63,014 nucleotides of DNA, filler included, from Octopus bimaculoides (GCF_001194135.2; 4 parts of 4 records of this genome joined end to end with filler, not necessarily neighbours in it); one strand, 5' to 3'. Positions 10,378 to 23,075 are shown, counted from the first letter of the whole stretch. The notes: generated by a model not told the origin, from the sequence alone. Numbers and translations: made by a program.

Positions 10378-11965
10378 ATCGTCAACACCTCTTGTGTCCA
10401 TCTCCTATGTTCCTGCCTTTTGGCTTTCATTTTATACACGCCAGCTCAATTTGATTCGTTCTCAGTTGAAAGACACCTGTTATTTTTTTGTTGTTTGTAT
10501 TCGTAATTATGTACCATGTTCTCAAATTGTTGTTTCTCTTGTCCGCCTTGTATCGTCTGTCTGTCCGAATGTTTTTGTCTATTGTGTTTTTGGTCCATTT
10601 GTGTGTGTGTGTATGTGTGTGTGTGTGTGTGTGTGTGCGTGCGTGCGAGTGCGTGTGAGTATGAATACGTGTACACCTACGACACTTGATTTGGATCGAA
10701 CGAGGTAAAAAGATGGTGAGAGTTTTATAGCTTTCTGCTGCCCTCACGTTTATCTTCTTTTCTCTCACTTGACTGACAAAATATCTGCTTGGTTTCAATG
10801 CCAATTCAAGGCTACAGCATGCCTATGATTTTTGTACGTTATCAACGCCAATATTAGCTATAAACTCATTTGAAATAATATAGTTTGTTTGAATTATATA
10901 TATATATGACTGGAGTGTATAATTGTTTTAGGTGTGTATTTAGTCACAAGAGACATCGATTCTCTCTCAGTCCCCTTACCCTTGACCTAACGGAGCAGCT
11001 AAAGAAGTAGTGTTGCATTGGTATTTGACAGACATTCGTTTTAAGCTGACTGGACTGGAGCAACGTGAAATGATGAGCCCTGATCAAGGAGACATCAATA
11101 TTGGTTGACAAGTATAGTCAGTTGATACCAGTGGCAAACTAGTATTGTCAGTTGATAAGATTAGCTGATCAATATTATAAATTGACAAGACTGGCTGATT
11201 AGGGTTATGTATTGACAATATTGTCAATTGAGATAGAATTGTCGATTGGCAAAACGGTCTTGTGTTTATGGAGCCACCTCATTACATTTACAGCTGTTCC
11301 ACTCCACTTACAAAGTTACAACTCCCAGAAAAGCACGAACATCAATATTTTTTCACATACGCACACACATTTAGTAACCATCAGGCCACCTATCCACGCG
11401 CATACAGCAGACACGTGTGCGCGTATACACTCTTCATTTGTTTCATATTTTTAACTATTCTTTAGTCCAAGGAAAAGAGAGCAAGCCCATAATTTTTATG
11501 AAATTGAAGTTGACGTATTACTTAAACTCTGTAGGTTGATACCTAAGCGTGAAAGTGCCAGTGGGATGCAGATTTGCAGAAGAAAGATTAACCAAATGTT
11601 GCACTATAGAATTAGAGTGCTCAGTAGGTGTAGGCGGGATTTCGAAAAGAGGAGTGATGGGCGAATAAGGTGGGAAGCGGCTTATCTAAGTCGTTAGGAA
11701 ATACTTAAATAACTTTTAAACGTTCCAAGACAAATGTGTTTAAATTTCTTGACCTTTCCAAAGACATTAAAATAATTTCGAAGCCGTACATGCTGGGCAA
11801 GTGGCTTGATCTGAGACCATATGTTAAAGCTAAACCAATTAAATTACAAAACAGACATTCTATCCTTATCACACACACACGCATGCATAAATATATGACT
11901 GTATATATCTATACATATACATAGATATCTACACATGCGCACGCACACACGCAGGTACGCACACA

Positions 11966-12006
<41 letters not shown>

Positions 12007-12010
12007 GCCT

Positions 12011-12203
12011 TTTATTTATTTCAGTCGTTAAGCTGAGGCCGTGCTGGGGCACCGCCTAGAAGAATTTTAGTCGAACGAATCGACCCCAGCACTTTTTTTT
12101 AAAGTCTGGTACTTATTTTATCAGCCTCTATAACCGAACCGCTACGTTACAGAGAAGTAAACACACCAACACCGGTTGTCGAACGTTGATGGGAGACAAA
12201 CAC
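12011..12203 (-). mobile_element. SINE 3' half
   Basis: Reverse complement of the 14681-14892 / 51300-51496 SINE 3' half. Confidence 0.8.
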
Positions 12204-12275
12204 AGATACAAACACAAACACACACACTCATACACGAAACATAATGCATACACACACACATACACACATGCACAC

Positions 12276-12311
<36 letters not shown>

Positions 12312-13548
12312 CAAAAAAGGGATTTAAAAATCCTGGCAGATATCAATAAAGCACTCAGTGTTAAAAGAATTTGGTTCACAATATTCAACAATTACACATC
12401 CATGAATGTAAGTAGAATAAATCCTCGTGCGTGACAGGTACGTCCAGAAATCCTTTAACAAAATTTTGAGAAATTCAAAATATTTGACACTAAAAGATCC
12501 GTAGAGAAAATTACATCTTTATTATAGATCTGTAACGGCAATTGTAACGGTTGGTTAAGGTGGTGTCAGTGGTCACCAGCTGTAACGGTATGTATTATGA
12601 TATCTATTGGTTACCATTTATAAGGATAAGTATAATTGTAACGGGTGTTGATATAGCAGATGTGCAAGATGAAAGAAGAACAGTGATCGAAGTTATAAAG
12701 AAACATTTATTTACTGTTACTTAATGTAATGCCATGCCTCGACGGGCAAGGTGTGTATAATAATATAAATGGAAATGTATGCGAGGTTAAGAGAGTTAAT
12801 TTTTATTTGTATAATTTGTCTGCATGTTCTCATTGTAGTTGTAAGAAGATTGAGATAGGGTAATGTTGTAGAGAAAAGAAAGTGAGCTAATAAAAGTTAG
12901 ACGAGTCGAGGGAAGTTGTGTCTCATAGTCGCTGGTTATAGCATTCTTTCTCCCTCTGGCCGTTTGTTTCAAGTGGCTGTCTGCTTGTGGCCATATCTAG
13001 TTGGTTTCTGTTCGCTAACTGATTTTGCCTTACCAAATTCTAGTATTTATAACCATGCAAAACCAGTCAGAAGGAGAGACATATTGTTGAGGACAACAGA
13101 TTTCGTTGGGGGTACCTGTTATATTAATTCTAAATTTTCATGGCCTAGAAGCGGTTAGAAGGGTCAAGTGGCCAATTTATAACTCAACTAAGCAAACGCC
13201 ATGTGTTCATTTTATTGCTAACAACTTAATATTTCTCTGAGGGAAAAGTGCTGTTGAAATATTATGGGAAATCTGCTGATTCAGGTTCGAATCTACTCTA
13301 TGTCTAAATGAAGACCACTACAGATCTCACCTTATAAAGCCGACAATTCTTTTTATTGCATTAACATACATACATACATACATACATATACATTAGTTGG
13401 CCCCGTGCTATAATACAAGTCTCTTTCTTAAGGTGCCATGCAGAGGAAGAGAATCCAAAACCATGTGCTTGGAAAACAAACTTTTTACCACACAGTCACG
13501 CGTAGGTCTATACATGCATATATATATATATATATATANNNNNNNNNN

Positions 13549-13690
13549 GTCTGATATGATATTTCGGAATAATATTCCTTCTTCAGATATTCTTAGATGG
13601 AGACGCTGCTATAACCAGTTTTCTAACGGCTTAGCGACTCCATCTAAGAATATCAAAGAAGGAATATTATTCCGAAATATCATATCAGAC
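13549..13690. repeat. Near-perfect 142-bp hairpin (MITE-like)
   Basis: Arms 13549-13607 and 13633-13690 differ by about 2 substitutions and 1 indel; 25-nt loop; TA follows the right end. Confidence 0.9.
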
Positions 13691-13772
13691 TATGGATGAC
13701 TAAATTACAACAGTTATTATAATCCATTGCTTGTATTATAGTGCATTGTTGTACCATTCAAAACTTTTTATT

Positions 13773-13814
<42 letters not shown>

Positions 13815-14624
13815 NNNNNNNNNNNNNNNNNNNNNNNNNNNNNNNNNNNNNNNNNNNNNNNNNNNNNNNNNNNNNNNNNNNNNNNNNNNNNNNNNNNNNN
13901 NNNNNNNNNNNNNNNNNNNNNNNNNNNNNNNNNNNNNNNNNNNNNNNNNNNNNNNNNNNNNNNNNNNNNNNNNNNNNNNNNNNNNNNNNNNNNNNNNNNN
14001 NNNNNNNNNNNNNNNNNNNNNNNNNNNNNNNNNNNNNNNNNNNNNNNNNNNNNNNNNNNNNNNNNNNNNNNNNNNNNNNNNNNNNNNNNNNNNNNNNNNN
14101 NNNNNNNNNNNNNNNNNNNNNNNNNNNNNNNNNNNNNNNNNNNNNNNNNNNNNNNNNNNNNNNNNNNNNNNNNNNNNNNNNNNNNNNNNNNNNNNNNNNN
14201 NNNNNNNNNNNNNNNNNNNNNNNNNNNNNNNNNNNNNNNNNNNNNNNNNNNNNNNNNNNNNNNNNNNNNNNNNNNNNNNNNNNNNNNNNNNNNNNNNNNN
14301 NNNNNNNNNNNNNNNNNNNNNNNNNNNNNNNNNNNNNNNNNNNNNNNNNNNNNNNNNNNNNNNNNNNNNNNNNNNNNNNNNNNNNNNNNNNNNNNNNNNN
14401 NNNNNNNNNNNNNNNNNNNNNNNNNNNNNNNNNNNNNNNNNNNNNNNNNNNNNNNNNNNNNNNNNNNNNNNNNNNNNNNNNNNNNNNNNNNNNNNNNNNN
14501 NNNNNNNNNNNNNNNNNNNNNNNNNNNNNNNNNNNNNNNNNNNNNNNNNNNNNNNNNNNNNNNNNNNNNNNNNNNNNNNNNNNNNNNNNNNNNNNNNNNN
14601 NNNNNNNNNNNATACATACATACA

Positions 14625-14659
<35 letters not shown>

Positions 14660-14680
14660 GTGTGTGTGTGTGTATGTTTG

Positions 14681-14892
14681 TGTGTCTGTGTTTGTACCCC
14701 AACATCGCTTCACAACCGATGCTGGTGTGTTTACGTCCACGTAACTTAGCGGTTCGGCAAAAGATATCGATAGAATAAGTACTAGGCTTACAAAGAATAA
14801 GTCCTGGGGTCGATTTGCTCGACTAAAGGCGGTGCTCCAGCATGGCCGCAGTCAAATGACTGAAACAAGTAAAAGGGTAAAAGAGTAAAAGA
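14681..14892 (+). mobile_element. SINE 3' half
   Basis: catcgcttcacaaccgatgctgg...aacttagcggttcggcaaaag...ggggtcgatttgctcgactaaaggcggtgctccagcatggccgcagtc...gtaaaag tail; multiple copies in the window. Confidence 0.85.
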
Positions 14893-15165
14893 TATATCGT
14901 CGACTTGAACTATAGTGTTTAAATAATTGGTTATTGTAAAGTAGGGAGAATGAAAGACAAAACGGTTTGCTGAGCTGTAACTTCGAAGTTAAGTCTGCTC
15001 ACTTAGAATTACAAATATTGTAGTAACATACTGGGTTCAAAACAGTCATTAAAAAGAAGGATCTGCACTCCGCCAGCCCGCCCGCATACCCCCTTATTAT
15101 TGTCTTTATTTGTATTTTAATAATTATTCTTTAGAAAAATTATAATTCTGACTTTCTATTTTCAG

Positions 15166-15270
15166 GCAGAAAACAATTGAAATATTTGAAAGTGGTTGAT
15201 AATATTCAGAACCAATGATGGACGGATAGAAAGGAATAATGCACAATAAAAGCACTTGATTCATGTATAA
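15166..15270 (+). other. Candidate terminal (3' UTR) exon of the peptide gene
   Basis: Acceptor actttctattttcAG (15164-15165) and AATAAA at 15245-15250; pairs with an unused GTAAGT donor at 5770. Confidence 0.35.
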
Positions 15271-15621
15271 ACCTCGTTATTGACTTATGTTTACAACTCT
15301 CTCTCTTTCTTTCTCTCTCTCTCTCTTTCGCTCTCTCTCTCCCCTTCTCTGTCTCCCTCTTTCTCTCCCACTGTCTGTCCCTTTGTGTGTATATATACAT
15401 ATATATATATTTATATATAAATGTTATATATATATACATATATATATGTTATATATATATACATATATACGTATACAAACACATACACACATATATTTAT
15501 GATATATATATATATATGTATATATATATGTATATATATATATATATATATATACATACATACATACATACATACATCATATATACATATATACATACAT
15601 ACATACATATATGTATATATA

Positions 15622-15669
<48 letters not shown>

Positions 15670-15734
15670 AAACTTACTTGTAAATGGATGCGTCGCGTTC
15701 AATTAATAAATAATATAATATATATATGCATGCA

Positions 15735-16047
15735 TGCATATATGGGTACAGGACGTCACCTACGGTGCAAATAGCATAAAATATTTAAACAAACGAGTTA
15801 AATACGTAAACAACGAGTAAAATGGAAAATAGGACAAGTAAAAACTGAGAAAGGAACCTTCATCAGTTGTCGGTTGTCTATGCTCAAAATGAGGAGTAGA
15901 TAGGTAGCCGGCAACTGATGAAGGGTCCTTTCTCTGTGTTGACTTGTCCTGTTTTCAATTTTTTCTCGTTGTTTACGTATTTAACTCGTTTGTTTACGTA
16001 TTTCATGTTATTTGCACCGTTGGTGACGTCCTGTACCCATATATGCA
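15735..16047. repeat. 313-bp foldback hairpin (~146-bp arms, 20-nt loop)
   Basis: 15735-15880 is the reverse complement of 15901-16047 with scattered mismatches. Confidence 0.9.
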
Positions 16048-16406
16048 TATATATATTTACACATATATATATTACATATTTATTACATATATATGTGTGT
16101 GTATGTGTGTATGTATGTATGTATGTATTTATGTATGCATGTATGCATACACACAGACACTCACATGCACATACACACATGTATGTATGTATGTATGTAT
16201 GTATGTGGAGAGCAATCGCCATATTTCATTTCATAACTGCCATCTCTGAAGAGCGATGGGTTACATAATCGGGCTGTTATCTAAAACTCCGTTGAACCCC
16301 TAGTGCGAAACCGATTGGTAAGATCGGTTGTAATAAACCGTTATCCGTAGTTACCCTCTATATATTCGAAGAGATATTTACATCTGTATCATAACTGACT
16401 TCAAAG

Positions 16407-16840
16407 ATGGTAAGAAGCTTACTTCTCAACCACGTGGTTCCAGGTTCAGTCCCACTGCGTGGCACCTAGGGCAAATGTTTTTTGCTATAGCCTCTGGGTG
16501 ACCAAAGCCTTGTGAATGGATTGTGTAGCCGGAAAGTGAAAGAAGAGCGATGTGTATATATATGTGTGTGTATATGTGTGCACGTATGAGTGTATGCCTG
16601 TATGTGTTTATGTATTTATGTGTGTGTGTTTGTGTCTTTATGTCTGTGTTTGTTCCACCATCATCGCTTGACAACTGGTGTTGGTGCATTTATATCCTTT
16701 TAACTTAGCGATTCGCCAAAAGAAACCGATAAGATAAGTACTAGGCTTTAAAAAATAAACTCTAGGGTCTACTAAAACCCTACAAGGCGATGCTCCAATA
16801 TGGCCGCAGTCAAATAACTGAATCAAGTAAAAGGGTAAAG
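16407..16840 (+). mobile_element. Near full-length tRNA-derived SINE with internal (TG/TA) microsatellite
   Basis: Head ggtaagaagcttacttctcaaccacgtggttccaggttcagtccc; same two-part body as 51112-51496. Confidence 0.85.
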
Positions 16841-16953
16841 GAATATATACATATATATATACATTTATATGGATAAATATATATTCATATATATATATAT
16901 ATATATATANNNNNNNNNNNNNNNNNNNNNNNNNNNNNNNNNNNNNNNNNNNN

Positions 16954-16965
16954 TTAATTAATTAA
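16954..16965. other. Assembly linker (N44-TTAATTAATTAA-N44); also at 33232-33243 and 61741-61752
   Basis: Identical 12-mer with stops in all six frames, centred in three ~100-bp N blocks. Confidence 0.9.
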
Positions 16966-17829
16966 NNNNNNNNNNNNNNNNNNNNNNNNNNNNNNNNNNN
17001 NNNNNNNNNAAATGAAGTGTTCTGCCGAAGAACACAACGCATCGCCGATTTGAGAATCAAAATGGCGAACTTACAACAATATAGATACTAAGTAGTAGTA
17101 GTAGTAGTAGCAGTTGTTGATCTTTTAACTGCTAACCTGTTCAGTTGTTGAAAAGATTCCCAATAAAAAAGTCTCGAAAAATTCTCGAAATTGTTATTCC
17201 AAATTATATACACAAGAAACAGAAGAAAACAGAAAATGCATTAGAATTATTGTCAGATATTGAGAATATTCCATTTCAGAAGTTCTCACCTCAGGAACGG
17301 AAACAGTAAAAAATTTTTCAAATTACTTATAACTGTGCAACTGTCTCTCAAAAGTATAATGAAATTTTACCAGCGTTGCCTCTAATATTTAAAGAAAATT
17401 CAATGCATTGATTGAGAATGCTTAAAAAAAGATATGTGCAAAAGTGTTCCAACCGAGACGATTTAACCTTTTTGAGGAATTTAGGTGTAAGGTCAGCCCT
17501 GATCTTAAGAAAACCCGTTAGATTAGACCATTCTATTTAATTCAGGGGACATATTTGTCCTTTAGCATCCACACAATATTCTCGTTATACAATTGTATAG
17601 TTATATGGCATCGATGCTTTAGTAGATATGTTATGTAAAACATTTCACTTAAGTCACGTCATAGAATTCTTATGGACACTTGCCAAACCATAAATATTGA
17701 AGTTTTAACATAAATCTACTTACGTTACTCCAAGACAATCTGCAATGCCAGTCGAAATGAACGAATGAAAAGAAAAATATAAGCGTTGTTATTATATAAT
17801 TGTTATTTCGTAAAATTTAAGTTTCTTAA

Positions 17830-18343
17830 CCCTTAAACGGCAGACGCCATCAACTGATGTTTTTGAAATTTTGCATGGATACGGCCGTTATCAAACGCCA
17901 TTCGAATGTCTACTTCGTCAAATGCGCTTAAGCGTAAGCTCTTCTTATCGATGAGAGAAATCTAGTCGCAAAAAGAATATTTAAACAGCGTTTTTTTCTG
18001 TTTTTCTTTCATCAAATGACGATGATGATGATACTCTAGCGAGCAGAGAAGAAACTGATGCTTCAGCTAGCTCTGGCTGGAAAAACCGAACCGAATTTTC
18101 TACTTTCGTTCATTCATTTGTCAGTAACAATGAAGAAAACTTAAATGAACTTATGCTCAAATAATTTTATTGATATTTTGCCTATATTCTATTATCCAAG
18201 AGAGTTAAAATATCATTTTCGTAGTTTTTGTACATATTTAAAATGAAAATAAGTATAAAAAATTACACTTATAAAAAAGGAATTTTTTGCATTTTGACCG
18301 TTTGGCACACATATCCACGCAAACTTTTCTTGCCGTTTAAAGG
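17830..18343 (+). mobile_element. Internally deleted piggyBac element (514 bp)
   Basis: TTAA target sites at 17826-17829 and 18344-18347; TIRs CCCTTAAACGGCA / CCTTTAAACGGCA; residual acidic N-terminus SSNDDDDDTLASREETDASASSGWK. Confidence 0.9.
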
Positions 18344-18558
18344 TTAAAAACTAAATCTGTACAATAAAAAATAAATATAGAGCATTTCAAATCATAATAA
18401 TAGTACTTAGCTAATTTTCATTTCAACTCATAAATTCAGTTAAATTCTCTAAAATGGTGATTTTATATCCTCTCGTCAAATATATGTATACTTCAAAATT
18501 ACCTCCTCTCTCTCCATTCTTTTTCTTCCTCGCTCTATCTCTCTCTGTGTACACACAT

Positions 18559-18599
<41 letters not shown>

Positions 18600-18787
18600 T
18601 ACATACACCATGCACAGTCATACACATATATATCTGTAATCATGCATACTTATACACATATATATATCTGTGTGTNNNNNNNNNNTTCATCATGGAGGGA
18701 GAGAAGGAAAGAGAGATAAAGAGAAAGAGAGAGAGAGGGACTGAGAGAAAGAGAGTGAGTGTGAGAGGGGAGAGAAAGATAATGACG

Positions 18788-19224
18788 TAAATAAGCAAAT
18801 AAAACTGCTCGGTTTATATATATACAAAGAATACATGTATACATGTAAATAGAAAGAAAGCAAAGAAGAGAAAGCTAATTTGAGAGTTCTATCTCTCCAC
18901 CGTGAAGACGGAGGCCGGATCTACCCAATATTTATATGCTTCTACTACTAGCTGCTTATATTTGTGAACTACATCTGCTAACATTATGAAGTAACTCCAA
19001 GCCCCCAGAAACAGTTGTCGGACCTGTAACTCCATACCTTCTCCCCTCTAATTTTCTGTGCCTTTGTACTCTGTAAGTTTGCTTAGTTGATATATAAATA
19101 AATATATATTCATACTTGAATATTCATCGCCTGGAAACTTTTAATCGTTCCTTTTTCTCTACTTACATGTATACATGTGTGCATATCTTGTATATCTAAC
19201 CAAAGCAGTTTTATTTGTTTATTT
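18788..19224. repeat. Imperfect inverted repeat, ~70-bp arms (18788-18856 / 19153-19224)
   Basis: AAATAAAACTGC...TATACAA...ACATGTATACATGTAA.TAGA is present in both orientations. Confidence 0.65.
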
Positions 19225-19403
19225 GCATCATGACCTGCATGCCTGCTCACCTGGATTTCTCTTATAGCTGCACTTTACACAGCAGACTTAGTCCTCGGTA
19301 AAGATATTGGAGTGTAAGTTCAAATCCTTAGAGCACTTCTAAGTGTTTTCTATATGAACCATCTCTGGATCTCATTTCTTGACTCTCTCACTCTACCTCT
19401 GTC

Positions 19404-19452
<49 letters not shown>

Positions 19453-20630
19453 NNNNNNNNNNNNNNNNNNNNNNNNNNNNNNNNNNNNNNNNNNNNNNNN
19501 NNNNNNNNNNNNNNNNNNNNNNNNNNNNNNNNNNNNNNNNNNNNNNNNNNNNNNNNNNNNNNNNNNNNNNNNNNNNNNNNNNNNNNNNNNNNNNNNNNNN
19601 NNNNNNNNNNNNNNNNNNNNNNNNNNNNNNNNNNNNNNNNNNNNNNNNNNNNNNNNNNNNNNNNNNNNNNNNNNNNNNNNNNNNNNNNNNNNNNNNNNNN
19701 NNNNNNNNNNNNNNNNNNNNNNNNNNNNNNNNNNNNNNNNNNNNNNNNNNNNNNNNNNNNNNNNNNNNNNNNNNNNNNNNNNNNNNNNNNNNNNNNNNNN
19801 NNNNNNNNNNNNNNNNNNNNNNNNNNNNNNNNNNNNNNNNNNNNNNNNNNNNNNNNNNNNNNNNNNNNNNNNNNNNNNNNNNNNNNNNNNNNNNNNNNNN
19901 NNNNNNNNNNNNNNNNNNNNNNNNNNNNATATACACACTTATACATATATACATATATATACATATATATATATATACATATATATACACATATATATAG
20001 ATATGTATACATATATATATATGTATATATACATACATATATGTATACACATACATATACATACATATATATACATACGTATATATACATATATATACAT
20101 ACATATATACATATATATATATACATATACGTATATATAGATACATATATATACATACATATATATACATATATATATACATACGTATATATATACATAC
20201 ATACACACATATATACATGCATATATACATACATATATACGTTCATACATATATACATAAATATATAGAGAAATACATATATTCATGCCTGTATAAATAC
20301 ACACACACATATATGTATGCATATATATGCATATACACATACATATATATTTTCTTTTCTCTCAAAAGACTTATACGGAGTAATGATCCCTAAGTTTTCG
20401 AGCACTCTGTGTGCGTTGAAAACTGCATGATCTAATGTTTCTCTCTATTAAGAATGTAGGCTGAGATTTGAAGTTTGATGGAAATTTAAATGCAATTGAA
20501 AATTTTAGAAAGACGTTTTACGGCCGCTAGTGCCAAAATTTATCGATTGGGTCATTTACCATAGTTAATTACGAATTAAAAATTAAAGCTAACAACTGAG
20601 CGAAATTTTACTGCATGGAATATTACTTAC

Positions 20631-20677
20631 CTTGAACAATGACGGCTATACCAGTTAATATCAATGCAACAAACAAC
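20631..20677 (-). CDS. 47-nt signal-peptide exon of a second secreted-protein gene
   Basis: Minus-strand acceptor TTTTCTTTTATCTAG and donor AAG|GTAAGT; reads (K)LFVALILTGIAVIVQ+G, phase 2 to phase 1. Confidence 0.7.
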
Positions 20678-20774
20678 CTAGATAAAAGAAAATAAATTGA
20701 GAAAGGATATAATAGGAATAGGTGTGACAAAAATCGACATCTTAATATTACATAGTTTTATGATGGTGACCTTG

Positions 20775-21189
20775 CAGAATAGTCAACCCATTGGGCAAAC
20801 TGCCTTACGGCATCTTTTTTCCAGCTCTTTACGCTTTGAGTTCAGATTTTACTGGCGCCAGATAGGATGAAAATCATAGTCAACCTCGTTGGAATTAGAA
20901 CTCAGAACTATAACCGGGAGAAATGCCGCTAAGCATTATGTCGGGCGTGCTATCGATTCTGCCAGCGCGCCGATTTCATAATGATTTCAGATTTGGGTAC
21001 AAGGCCAATAATTTCTTGGGTGGGGTAAGTCGATTACATCGATTCTAGCGTTCGCTAGTACTTATTTTATCGAGTCTGAAACGATGAAATGAAATCCATT
21101 CATGGCATTTAAACTCAGAGCGTAAAGATGGACGAAATGCCAATAAGCGTTTTGACCGGCGTGCTAACGATTCTATAAAGGGCTCTGCC

Positions 21190-21190
<1 letters not shown>
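20775..21190 (-). mobile_element. Two adjacent degraded tRNA-derived SINE copies
   Basis: Both contain ...ggaattagaactcagaac...aaatgccgctaagcat...cgtgctaacgattct; same family at 31335, 40680 and 54470. Confidence 0.7.
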
Positions 21191-21255
<65 letters not shown>

Positions 21256-21289
21256 CTTCTAAAAAGAAATAATAATAATAATAATAATA

Positions 21290-22900
21290 ACTGTCATACT
21301 ATTTTTATTAACAACGAGAGTGACGAAAACATTTAAGACAATACAACAATAAAGGACAGTAAGAAACACGTGCAAAGAATAAAGAACAATGACAAATAAC
21401 AAAAATCCACAATAGAGAGGAAAACCCATCTAGGGGCGACCAAGAAACCCCTCAAACTCCGAGCTACACTACTCATCTGGAGTACCATGGATAGTGCTCC
21501 TCTCGCTTCCATATTGGTCAGCCCACAAACGCCAATTGAAAAAAAAGGCCCACTCACTCAGATCACATCCTCACCACATCCACTCACCTTTATAATGCCT
21601 GGGAGGCCTTCTCTTAGTCAACTCTACACTTCCTTTTCAGATAGAATTTGAAAAAGTCGATGAGGACTTGATGGAAGAAGGAAGTGTCCACCACAAAAAC
21701 GCTTTCACCACAAAAGAAAATTAGCTGCTCTTCTCATCCAATGGACAGTATCGGGGCAAGCTATATGATGGAGTCCAGCACGAGAGAGCCACTGTCTGGC
21801 AACACACCGTGAATCAGCAATGCTCGAGCGTTATACAAATGTGTGAAGTACGGAAAAGGTGCAGAAAACAGCTCTACCGTGCCTATAGAGCTTATCCGAC
21901 CCAGCAACGTTCCTACCACTTGTAAATCAGGAACATCTGGAAATTATCCATGGGCTTCGGCACGAAAGTTCTCAGGAAAAATCAGCTGTTTGATTTTCAT
22001 CAAACCGAGAGCTTTCCCAAGGGACTTAGTCGTTGTTACCTAATACTAACCCTCTAGCATCCCCATGATGTTCTACCGTGAAATCCATGCTGGAATGTCA
22101 GCCAAGTACGTTTCCTCAGTGGCAGAGAAATGAGGGTGCCTGATTGAATCTTAGATGCCAGGAACCCTGCCTCTATCTACGGATGAATCAGGAGTGCAGT
22201 TTTGTTAAAGAGATGAGCTGTGGAAAAGCAAGTCTGACAAATGGTGGCCACACCTTCATACCATCAATGTCAAGACAACCTCATCCACAACTTGCCCAGT
22301 TCTCCAAGTAGTGAATGTTGGGAGCAAATGACCGTCCTTTCAGCCCATCTTTAGATAATGCGATCCACCTTGACGCTTGTCCCTTTTTCCAGTTCTTGTC
22401 CACTAGAGGGACTGTCGCAAGCCAATTTCTGTGCTCTTCAACCGACTCTTTCTACCTTAACGCGACAGGTATTTTCCCCTTAAATATGCTGGATAAGATG
22501 TGAGTTCCTTGCCCCGTACTGGAACTATGGAGTGCTTCAATGTGAGAATTTCGATACTGAAGCGTATCTCGCAAATTCCCTTGTCCTGGTCACTTGATCT
22601 ATATCTGTCCATATGTGTTTCCAGTCTTTTTCTGATGGGACGTGTGTTGCTCCTTCGAAATGTCTAGTTTTAGACGGCACAAGTCTGTTATTCAAAGTAG
22701 GTGCTGCCATTTCGGCTGGTACAACAACTTATCCTCCTATTCACCTTCACAAGCTGTTTTACCTGTCTCGGCTTTGCTTCGTTGCCGTCCAGAGAGCGTG
22801 GGAAGTATTGTGTTGATTTCATCGTCATCACAGCATGAAATTGGTTTCCCGGAGGAGGATCCACACTGTAGTCAATGACCAAAAGTCCTTCAATTCTCTT
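21290..22900 (-). mobile_element. L1/Tx1-clade LINE, degraded 3' portion of ORF2
   Basis: Fragments PMDNFQ, DKLYRHG, FFKFYLKRKCRV; minus-strand AATAAA near 21305 next to the (AAT)n tract; many stops. Confidence 0.65.
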
Positions 22901-23075
22901 CAACTCAATTGACGAATCACTTCTTTCCAAATGAGGCAAGCTTTCAACCACCAGTTGTTCAACCGATGTATAACTCTCTCTATCTCAACGCAATGGGTCC
23001 TTCTCTCTCTCTCTCTGTCTCTCTCTCTCTGTGTCTCTCTGTCTCTCTCTCTCTGTCTCTCTCTGTCTCTCTCTG

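Noticed and set aside
16954-16965. TTAATTAATTAA repeated three times in the window inside N blocks
   Set aside because: Synthetic scaffolding linker. It also means order and distance across these joins are uncertain.
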